A DNA stretch of 64,000 nucleotides from Macrostomum lignano. Taxonomy: Eukaryota. Under the pieces are notes generated by a model, which saw nothing but the letters and a program-made list of their open reading frames with translations, searched no databases and had not been told where the DNA came from. Below, piece after piece: positions 53,609 through 64,000 of the stretch (positions are counted from its first letter, which is position 1; each line of letters begins with the position of its first letter). The stretch lies in the NCBI GenBank assembly GCA_002269645.1, contig NIVC01000359.1, positions 310,001 through 374,000 of the forward strand, written 5' to 3'. A program made the translations under genes and the position numbers.

Positions 53609-55878
53609 AGGGGTGGATATTCCAAATTGACTTCAACCCCAGAATCCACGGTTGGGTGGGATCTCTGGAGTAGACAAACTATCTTTAGAGCCTTCAAGTT
53701 CTAATTCATCGTAGTATTTTTCGGTTAGTAAAGTAATATTCGATACATATCGTCACACGAAACATTAATTCTGTTTAATTTTCCAGCCCTATGCAAGGCT
53801 AACAGTCTATTAATTCTGCAGAGCTTTCCGTATAAAGACTTTGTCGCTTCTTTGGCATTGACATTTGAATTGGGCAAAGTCAGATTTATGCTCAAATTGC
53901 ATAAATACAAATAGTTCAATATGTCAATCGCGTGTGCTGCTTAAATTTGTCTTTACAATCGTTTGTTGCTAGGTGGTATATTATCATTGTAATATAAATC
54001 GGTCTATTAATAATCCAGTGTTTTAATTCTGTCTGCATCTGTGTTTTTAATGCTTTCTTATGCTGCTGGTACTTTTTTCTACCAGAGGAAAACCTATGTC
54101 TGCGGTTTTACACGAGTTAAAAAAAGGTGACGAAAAAGATTTACCTGCTGATATTTTATGTTTACAATTGAGACTGTTCGAGAATTTGCACAATGACTGA
54201 TGCGAATGCCTATATATTATTATCTTATAAATATATTCGCTTATTGAATATATGCTGATTGTGTATTTGTTGCCAGATTGTCGCTTGCTATGAAAATATA
54301 TGCTGCTTGAATTCAAGCGGCTTGTTTCATTTATTGTTTTAGCTTTACGTGAAGTGCACTACTTAATAAGTAGTAAGTAAGTAGTTGTACGTTTCTCCTG
54401 GCATAGATTGGCACGTGGTGCATTGAATTAAAGCCATTAACGACTGAGGCTGTCTATACTACTGACCAACTTCATCAGTAGCAAGTTGGCTAGCGGTTGT
54501 TAAGGCGTCGTTTTTTGTCCAACCACTGTGGGCCGGTCCTCTGCCCCTCCCCAACTTTGGAATTTGTACAGTGGAACCGCTGGGGTAGGGGGGTCACGCG
54601 CGCCCGAGGGGGTGTAAAGTAATAAAATTTGCTCGTGTCTCTCTTGCCTGGCTGCAGTGCAGTGTACTCAGCGTTGCCCTTGGATACGGAGGTAAGAAGA
54701 GCAGAGATAGTCGGAAGAGGGTGGGAGTTATGCGCTCTGCTGTGCGGCCAAGGAGAGAGCAATGGGGGGGGGGAATTGCCCGGCTCTTTCGGAGCAGCAT
54801 GTTTTGTAAGCAAATTCTGCTTCATCCATGGAGACCGGCCAGGGGACTCACGTCACCTGCTCTCACCCAGCCCATCCCCAGCAACCGGGAATTCCCTTCG
54901 GCCTGCCCCCTACCGCATGCTCAGGCGTGGCTCCGTCTCTATGGACTATGTGGGTGATTGAAATTAAGGGAAAACTCAATAATATATATGTTCTGTCTGG
55001 TCCCTCTGAAGTTTCTGAGGGATCACCATAGTAAGTATATGTAATATATTTGTTCCTATAGATTCTGTTAGAAAGTTATCATTTCAACAAAAAATTTGCG
55101 CCTTTTAAATATAGGTCGATAAAGCAGACAGAATTGTATCGGCACACGCAGTTACATTTACATGATAGAAAAAATCAATGCATTCGAAATTGTTTTTTTC
55201 AAACAAAAGTTTTTTAACATTAGCGGGCACGTATACAGATTTATGCATATAATATACATGCCTATATAAATATCTCCTGGCTTTAACACTGTCTGAGCCC
55301 GAAAAATCAAATTCACAAGCCAGGTGTTATAACTAATCGACTGAAATATTTGTCCCAACGGTGCCTGTCAGCATAGCAGGTAGTAAAAATGAAGCATGCA
55401 ATTAGCCAAGAACTGGACAATTTTATTAAGAAACAATATCAGAGTCAGGTTAATCCTGACAAAGATAAGCCAAGCCACGCTTATGCAGCCAGCTTAAGCG
55501 ATAATCCTTTACGTTCTGAATTACAGGTATAAAAGACAACAGGCCAGAGACAAAGCGGGAGAATGAGAGGACAGGACATTAGAGATATTTTAAACAATAA
55601 TGTAATTTTGCATTCCCCTAAGCTTCTTCTTATTGTTATTGTTTAATTACATTCAGCCATCGAATTCCGCGATCCTAATAAGCTAGACTTTTCTATCATC
55701 ATACGGTAAATTAAGTTACTCTATAAGTTATATTGAAGCATGCCAATAATTGTCATTAATAACAGTAGAATGGCGTGAATGCACGATTAACGAGCTTGGG
55801 AGGCGGGGCTGGGAAGCGGGACAGGGAGGGGAAGTCGGGGGATTCAGAAGGGCATTGGGGGATGGCGAGGGGCGGGGC

Positions 55879-57297
55879 TCAGACAGCCTGCTGCTGCGTT
55901 GCCGCCGGCAACTTGTCGCCGGACTTCTGGCCGCCAACAGGCAGGAAGAGCTTGAACTCGGCTGGCAGTTCGTCCTCGGTGTACAGCCGGTCGGAGAAGT
56001 ACACCCGCCTGATGCGGCAGTTCGCGTGGATCTGCAAGTTAATCGCCGGCTTAGGGGAATTAACTCTCTGACTAACCGGATGTAGAGTGTTTTCAACAGG
56101 CTAAGTCTCAGATTAGAAGCTCTAACCTGGATTCGCAGAGTCTCGATGTAGTTGGTGCCGTAGGCTCGCCTGGTGAAGTCTGACAGGTTGAACTGAATCT
56201 GGTTCCAGCCCTCGTCCAGCCGCATCGGCATGGTGCAGATGAACGGCTTCACCCGGGTGGTGCTCTGGTAATTGGAGGCTCGGAATCGGCGCCTGACGTT
56301 CTTGTCGTCCAGGATCTGTTGGCAAGTAAACAATCAGTGGTTATTTGTTTTTTCGAATGCGCTAGGCGTTTCCAGCTGCTTAACAAAATACCCACCCGAA
56401 TTCATGGATTAATTTAATTACCTGCACTTCGAAAGTGAAGTACTTCTTCAGATTTTTAATGATCATAACGAGGAACGGCAATTTGATTCCCAGAGTCTTA
56501 TCCGATTCGGCTGGGCACGTGATGTAGGTTGTGCTGACGTTGGTGCCAACAATCTCCAACACAAGCGATTGGATGTCGTTGTCTGTGATGCGCTTGATGT
56601 GGCCGTTTCTGACCTGCAGTGTTAGGGAAGGAATTTCAAAGGGCATGTAAGCTTATGAGCCCATTTAAATACTTTTATTTTGACAAATTTGATGCTAGGC
56701 CAGCTGACTTTAATTTTGTTAGATCTTTAAATTATCAGAAAAATAAAACCTCATCTGATAGGTATACTCATGATCTACTTGTATTTGTTTCAAGTTTCTC
56801 CTAATTTTAAATTGAAAAAAAATTAAGTTTTTTGCATTTAGTATGTCTGAAATGAACAGATCCAAAAATAGGAGAGTAACTGAAAATTCTAAGCTGTTAG
56901 CTTATGCAATATGATCTTAAAGTTTACAACAACTTTTAGTACGATTGAAATTTTATGTTTAATGAAGCTATACAGTTTTTTCATCAATGTATTGAAATTT
57001 ACTATATGCAGTTCTCTACCTATAGGCTATAGCTACATGTAGTTACGTTACATCTTGACCATGCCAACTCAAAAATAGAAGTTAACTTGCTTCCTTTAGT
57101 ATATCATTAGTTAAAAAACATTGTTGAATTGAAATTGGCTAAATATAAGGAAGATTGTAATGCAACTACGAGGAAACAGCATAGGATTATCAAAATGAAA
57201 TATGAAAATTTACCTGCTTGGTCCAAATCTGCAAAGGTTTGCTTCCAATACTATATAATACTGAAAGAAATCCGCTCTGGAAAGTATCCTTGAACAT
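55879..57297 (-). CDS. CFAP20: CFAP20/BUG22 ciliary inner-junction protein, 205 aa; exons 57297-57214, 56613-56422, 56315-56127, 56031-55879
   Basis: [28 protein letters not shown]|[21 protein letters not shown]...YFTFEVQ|[17 protein letters not shown]...ETLRIQ|[31 protein letters not shown]. All introns are GT-AG in phase 0. Confidence 0.97.
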
Positions 57298-57446
57298 TTC
57301 GATGTAGGTTTTGTCAGGACACTGCTTCAAAAAAACTGGCTGGCTTGGGTGGACGGAGAAGTGTCGTGCGAGCGTTTTAAAGGTTTAATAAATTCAACTC
57401 TTCTTAAGAATTTAAAAGCCCGCCGTTGTAGTCAATGGTTTCGTTG

Positions 57447-57478
57447 GTTGCTATTCGGTACAAGAATATGCGTTGCTA
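57447..57478 (-). promoter_or_regulatory. two RFX-type half sites (TAGCAAC on minus strand) upstream of CFAP20
   Basis: GTTGCTA at 57447-57453 and 57472-57478, 150-180 bp upstream of the ATG. Confidence 0.4.
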
Positions 57479-59578
57479 CATAAAGTAGTTCTAATCGAAA
57501 TATCAAAAAGTTTAGCTACACTTTAAAGCTTTTATCCGCAAATTTTGCATTTTTATATTACATAGTAAGGTGAACTGTTGTCTTAGCACTTTTACGCTTT
57601 AAAAATGTATACATTTTTATTTTAATGCACCCAATTAAAACGGTAATTATTCCGGAAATCTTATAATCAATGCAAAAATGCAAAAGCAAGGGATCTCCTC
57701 ATGGCAAAATTTAGAATAGAACAGCATGCTGCTTTTTGTACTTTTAGTAGTGCACCTAATTCTTCCTAAATGAAGTAGGCTTAGAATTACAAACTTGGAT
57801 GTTGACTTTAACCGCTTTAAAAGTTTTAAAGATTTCAAAAAGGAGTACAAAAGCTGTACATAGGACGACACTCTAAACGTGTCAGAAAGACTTATGTAGG
57901 CTACAGTGTATTTCTCTCCTGAAAGTACAGTATATGTATTGGCGACGTCTATAGCTTTTAATTGTCTCTTAACAGTTATAGTTCTATTACTGTTCGTCCT
58001 TGGTTTTTTTCCCCAAATCGCGACTAATTTTAAATACCAAATAGAACTACTATACAGATTTATCTGTACATGTACTTTCCATGCACACATACTTTTGTCA
58101 ATATTAAAGTTCAAAGAATAATTAAACATAGAATTTTTAAATTACAAGACAAATTACATGTACATGTAGCCTGCCTGAAAACGCAACTCTTAAAATTAGA
58201 GTTCGCTGATCGATCTCTGGCATGCACATGTACCTGTATGCAATATTTTTGTGTTTTTGTTGTTTCCAGATCAAGAGCTAGCGTTGTCACCGGGGTGCAG
58301 TGAGGGGCATGTCCACCAAGTTAAAGCTGTGGGGGGGGGCACGCAAATGCAGCCCCCCTACTTTGTGACAGTCTTTAAGGTTTTAACAGCTTAATGACCA
58401 AAAACATTTGAAACCTTGTACAGATTTGGAATCCTGAATTTTTCTCAGGTCATCCAACAAAGGACTGCCTACGGTGCTGAAATGAGAGTCTGCGGCGTTT
58501 ATAGCGATTGAGCCGGCGGCGCCAAAATGAGTATTAGATGCTGTTATCTCATGGTCGCTTGTGGCACCAAATTAGTACATGTACATATACTTAACAATTC
58601 ACTGGTTATTGTGTCCCCCGCCATAAAACATTTAAATGGATTACATGTAACAGCGCACCTGTTCCACATTCGAGCATAAATTGAGATTTTTGTTTCGAGT
58701 TTTAGATCGAAAAATATATCGAAAAGGGGGAGAAAAGAGCTAAAATTGCTACTGCCATTCCTTGGATGTTGCGTACACAATATGTCGATTGCTAATGGAC
58801 GTCACACAGGGGAGAAATGTAATAACATTTACATGTTAAGAGAAAAGCGAAGATTTCGTGTGCAGAATTTACATATATGTACTGCTGGTTTAAAAAATCT
58901 GAAAGTTTGAGAGGTCTTAGGCCTAAAAAAAGGTAACACAAGAGTTGTGTGTATGTACGAGCGTACTATATACAATGCCGTGTAAAACGCAAATTGTGAA
59001 AATTTCCCAAATTTTAAAGCAAGATGTCTTCCTGCTCCCATGGCCTCAATGTTCAATGCATGCGGCTGGCTGCAGGACCCGGCCCAGTCCTGCCTCTCCG
59101 CTCAAGTACCACTGTATTATGTATACGTCTGTATATACACTGTATATGTGAGACACAGTATATATGAGACACTGTATATATGAGACACTGTATATACAGT
59201 TGTCTTTGTCTCCGCTTTCCTCCAATCGAAAACTATAGAAAAGAAATTTGTTTACCAGTATAAGTCAAAGCAGTACAGCTACTTACAGTAGAGCTATTTG
59301 CGCATTTTTTTTGCCAATCGTTCAATGGTGTAAATAAATTGTTTAAAATTAAAAGTGGATTTGACAAAAATAATGTTTTACCACTTCATAGTAAAATACA
59401 AAACTTTTTGAGTATTACCGGTCTGTTTCTGTACGAGATCTACGGATTGTGCAGAATTAATTCAAGTTTAGTGAGCCTGATTGTAGGCGCTACGAAAACG
59501 AAGGTGTTTGACTTGTGTGTGGCCCAGTTATGTAAAAAAATTAGGCTTCCTAAACCATATCTTCATCGCTTCTCGGCC

Positions 59579-59746
59579 TTATTGGCTAAGATCAAAGTGT
59601 AGTTTCTGTTCTTTAGAGATTAATTCCTCTAACGTAGGCCATTGGTCTACTAAGTAATTAATCCGGTTTTTGATGAGTCGGGCCAGTGCTTCGTGTTCAC
59701 ACGACCTGGTCCACGCGTAGGCCTTGCGCTGCAGTACAGCAAGGAT
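59579..59746 (-). CDS. candidate terminal exon of an unidentified gene (ILAVLQRKAYAWTRSCEHEALARLIKNRINYLVDQWPTLEELISKEQKLHFDLSQ*)
   Basis: gcgcag| acceptor followed by 55 codons to TAA; complex protein-like sequence. A possible upstream exon at 61566-61500 ends in GAG|GTGAAT in phase 0. Confidence 0.4.
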   Translation of the reverse strand: MLAVLQRKAYAWTRSCEHEALARLIKNRINYLVDQWPTLEELISKEQKLHFDLSQ

Positions 59747-60102
59747 CTGCGCATCTAATAAATTTAAAATAATGAAGGTCGGACATACAAAGCCTTTCAT
59801 TGAATCAAGGCCAGTAAATTTGAAGCTTTGCGGAAAGTCGTATTAAAGTTTGAAACTGCACTAGGTCAGTCAGCTAGTCATTCATACAGCTAGCTAGAGA
59901 AAGTCAGTTTCTTGCTCTCGAATTGAGTCTGAGTTATATGGATAGACAATGGCAATTGACAATGTATAGCTTGCTTTTGACCGGGAGAACCTACAATGCA
60001 TGCATATAAAATCAGACACTTTAAACTGCTATTTGATTGCATTTATAGTGAGTATAGTCCGAGAGGTATCAACACTCATGCTTGTTAAACGTCTCTTGAG
60101 AA

Positions 60103-61400
60103 TGACAGGGTGAGACAGTGGGTGACAGGTGTGATACAGTGAGTGACAGGGTGAGACAGTGGGTGACAGGGTGAGACAGTGGGTGACAGGGTGATACAGT
60201 GAGTGACAGGGTGAGACAGTGGGTGACAGGGTGAGACAGTGGGTGACAGGGTGAGACAGTGAGTGACAGGGTGAGACAGTGGGTGACAGGGTGAGACAGT
60301 GGGTGACAGGTGTGATACAGTGAGTGACAGGGTGAGACAGTGGGTGACAGGGTGAGACAGTGGGTGACAGGGTGAGACAGTGGGTGACAGGTGTGATACA
60401 GTGAGTGACAGGGTGAGACAGTGGGTGACAGGGTGATACAGTGAGTGACAGAGTGAGACAGTGGGTGACAGGGTGAGACAGTGAGTGACAGGGTGAGACA
60501 GTGGGTGACAGGGTGAGACAGTGGGTGACAGGTGTGATACAGTGAGTGACAGGGTGAGACAGTGGGTGACAGGGTGAGACAGTGGGTGACAGGGTGATAC
60601 AGTGAGTGACAGGGTGAGACAGTGGGTGACAGGGTGAGACAGTGAGTGACAGGGTGAGACAGTGGGTGACAGGGTGAGACAGTGGGTGACAGGTGTGATA
60701 CAGTGAGTGACAGGGTGAGACAGTGGGTGACAGGGTGAGACAGTGGGTGACAGGGTGAGACAGTGGGTGACAGGTGTGATACAGTGAGTGACAGGGTGAG
60801 ACAGTGGGTGACAGGGTGATACAGTGGGTGACAGGGTGAGACAGTGGGTGACAGGTGTGAGACAGTGGGTGACAGGGTGAGACAGTGGGTGACAGGTGTG
60901 ATACAGTGAGTGACAGGGTGAGACAGTGGGTGACAGGTGTGATACAGTGAGTGACAGGGTGAGACAGTGGGTGACAGGTGTGATACAGTGAGTGACAGGG
61001 TGAGACAGTGGGTGACAGGTGTGATACAGTGGGTGACAGAGTGAGACAGTGGGTGACAGGGTGAGACAGTGGGTGACAGGGTGAGACAGTGGGTGACAGG
61101 GTGAGACAGTGGGTGACAGGTGTGATACAGTGAGTGACAGGGTGAGACAGTGGGTGACAGGTGTGATACAGTGAGTGACAGGGTGAGACAGTGGGTGACA
61201 GGTGTGATACAGTGGGTGACAGGGTGAGACAGTGGGTGACAGGGTGAGACAGTGGGTGACAGGGTGAGACAGTGGGTGACAGGGTGAGACAGTGGGTGAC
61301 AGGGTGAGACAGTGGGTGACAGGTGTGATACAGTGAGTGACAGGGTGAGACAGTGGGTGACAGGTGTGATACAGTGGGTGACAGGGTGAGACAGTGGGTG
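60103..61400. repeat. 20/21 bp minisatellite (GGGTGAGACAGTGGGTGACA / GGTGTGATACAGTGAGTGACA), ~1.3 kb
   Basis: About 63 units; source of the two 460-aa repeat ORFs. Confidence 0.96.
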
Positions 61401-62159
61401 GCTAACCACAATGGCTCGACAGCAGTATAAAGCTTTCAATGGCATCAATCAATCAGCCTTCTCTTCCTTTATGCATATTTTGCTACAACAAATATTCACC
61501 TCATCAGCGCTGCGGTCTCCTGGGCCCCCGCGGCCGCCGCCGACTCTCAATGCACGCAGGTCCTCGCTTAATTTGTATGGAAATTCAAATTGGGCCGTGG
61601 GACCCCGCGGGGCCACAGGTCAGCAGCCCCGGCAGCCGCTGACCCCTTGACCCCTGCGACTTCTCAAGCGGGATCTCTGGTGGGGACTCAGCATCCCGGG
61701 GTCGGTTCGTGCGTGTTTTTTCTTCCAACAGTGAAATTCAATTTTCAGGGGCGGGAGCAAAGGGGAGGAGAGTGCTTTTGAAGATTCCCCGCTTCCCTTC
61801 TCTGGCTGATCCCATGGGAGGAGTTCATTCGAGCCAGCGCTGCGGGTTGGGAAAAGCGAAAGTTGGGCTAAAAATGATTTAACAGCAACGAGAGGAGGCT
61901 GGCTCTGCATCGATACAGTAGCGATTGAGGTGGAGGAGAATTGTGTAACTACTCCAGTTCTTAGGGAGAAATATCCCCAAGAGACAAGTTTCCCGCATTA
62001 AGTGAGTGAAGGGGGAAGAATTGGAAACGAAAAATTTGCTTAGGAATTGAAAACATTCCTGCGAGAGCTTTCACTGAGAGTGGATGCCTTCGCAAATGGA
62101 TTCGTCAGGGGCGCTTGGGGTGGCCGATCTAGCGATTTGATAGATAGCTCTGAGGCATG

Positions 62160-62615
<456 letters not shown>

Positions 62616-63370
62616 CTCACCAGCAGGCAAAGCTGTGCAGTAGTTGACAATCAACTGCAGCCATTGGCATTAGTTTTGCTAGCTATTATATATTTGCACG
62701 AACAGCTTACAGTAGCTCAACAAAATTTAATTATTTATAAAATTGGGTCACGTGATGCAGCAGCAGAGCAGATTACTGAGGGCTAAAATTGTAACCAAAT
62801 CGGGGGTCAAAAATTGCAACACTTGGATTAGCAAAACGCTGAGAGACAGTTTATTCAGGTTTGTGGCTAGAAAAAATCCCTGAGGCAAAAATCATGGCTG
62901 ACAATGAACCTTTGGATTCCAGCATGGATTGCACTGTTGCGCAACCATTGTTTGTCTGCATGGCTAGCAAAATCTGCTCAGCCCGTGTTTGTGGTCTCAA
63001 AGTCAGTTTGGGGAAGAAATTAAGCAACATTTCAATCAAAGGTTGTGTGGATTTACAGGACAGAAGAGTAAAGGAATTCAACTGTAAAACAGCTGCAATC
63101 AGGTGTGTGAAGGGAGCAACAGCTGACAGACAATGATTATAGCGATCGTACAAGAGAGTTCGGTCTTTGAGACGCAAAAGGCTGAGGACAAGGAAATGTA
63201 CAAATAAACATTAAAAACAGTTTGTTCAGTAAAGAAAAGTAGAAAACATTAGTGGTGGAAAGGAACACGGCACCTACACAAGTGTTATGCTAATTACTGG
63301 TATTATTAAATAGATCGCCAATGCGTGTCCAGCTACTTGCAGTAGCGATAACAGCTCCTGCAATCCGCCG

Positions 63371-64000
63371 CTAGGGCAGAACCGGCCTGCAGACTCTGCG
63401 CCCGTCGCCAAGGCAGTTGAAGGCGTCGGCGAATCCCGGGAGTCGCGCCAGCAGGCGGCCGACGCGGTCAGGCAGCGGCCCCGCCCGGCCCCACCGGTGC
63501 CCCGGCACCGCCTTCTGGCAGTACAGCTGGCTGACCGACACGAAGAATTCCCGCCTGGCTGCTGGAAATGCCGGTGATGTCGGAGATGTCATTCTCAGCG
63601 CCGCGGCGGCCGCGGTGAACTCGACGAAGTCTCGACGGACGGTTGCCGTCTCGGCGTCCAGACAGTCGGCAGCTGAGCGGTTCAGGGCGGCTGGCGGCGC
63701 CTGGGCGGCGGCCCGGCTGGCCAGCTCGTAGGCCAGCAGGAAGTCGAGCTGGCGCGGCCGCGGCAGCAGCGCCGGCAAGTAGAAGGCCAGCGGATACGGG
63801 AACCGGCGCCCCTGGTCGTCGAGGGCGTCACGGAAGAATCGCGGCGGCAAAGGCGGCGCCGGCGTCGGCAGCGGCGGAGCTGCGGAGGCGGCGTGAAAGG
63901 CGAGGCGGTGGGCGGACAGGCGGCGGTGACGCAGGGCATCCAGCAGGCCGGGCAGGAAGGCCGCATCGGCTGGCAGGCGGAGGTCGCCGTACAGGTTCAG
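63371..64000 (-). CDS. neprilysin/peptidase M13-like C-terminal domain, probably catalytically inactive; 5' part outside the window
   Basis: The frame is open from 64000 to TAG at 63371. EFFVSVSQLYC...PLPDRVGRLLARLPGFADAFNC...C parallels the M13 C-terminus FF...AQ.WC...HSP..FR..G.L.N...F..AF.C...C. GC3-rich codons. Confidence 0.65.
   Translation of the reverse strand: MNLYGDLRLPADAAFLPGLLDALRHRRLSAHRLAFHAASAAPPLPTPAPPLPPRFFRDALDDQGRRFPYPLAFYLPALLPRPRQLDFLLAYELASRAAAQAPPAALNRSAADCLDAETATVRRDFVEFTAAAAALRMTSPTSPAFPAARREFFVSVSQLYCQKAVPGHRWGRAGPLPDRVGRLLARLPGFADAFNCLGDGRRVCRPVLP

Noticed and set aside
58290-58380. G-run/C-run inverted motif resembling a hAT-type MITE end
   Set aside because: I could not find a matching second terminal inverted repeat or a target-site duplication.
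60103-61400. ACAGTG as RAG/Transib recombination-signal heptamers
   Set aside because: The heptamer is not CACAGTG and no nonamer sits at 12/23 spacing.
60029-61448. Two 460-aa ORFs (SPTVSPCHPLSHPVTHC...)
   Set aside because: They are translations of a 20/21-bp minisatellite with no stop codons in its unit; no coding signature.

Overview
This is eukaryotic (animal) genomic DNA. It has GT-AG introns, GC3-rich and polyQ-rich exons, and AT-rich non-coding DNA packed with about 30 unrelated minisatellites plus (CTGT)n and (GA)n tracts. That style suggests a free-living flatworm such as Macrostomum, but this is inference and was not verified. Well-supported genes: (1) alpha-tubulin (+, ATG-only exon 1 at 1975-1977, exon 2 at 2062-3414); (2) mitochondrial ribosomal protein uS17m (-, 5789-6325); (3) a DAB2IP/SynGAP/RASAL2-family PH-C2-RasGAP gene (+, nine phase-consistent exons 39066-51890, 1329 aa as assembled) with probable alternative first exons up to 25 kb upstream; (4) CFAP20/BUG22 (-, four exons 57297-55879, 205 aa); (5) the 3' end of a neprilysin (M13)-like gene whose zinc motif appears lost (-, 63371-64000, truncated by the window). 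Most other long ORFs in the track are artefacts of tandem repeats. I found no CRISPR array, tRNA, rRNA or intact transposase, and no clear new multi-gene system. The best leads are: minisatellite unit lengths clustering near multiples of the DNA helical turn; arrays seeded just 3' of splice donors; alternative first exons of the RasGAP; RFX-like sites at both cilia-related promoters; a pseudo-neprilysin; and several orphan splice-bounded exons.
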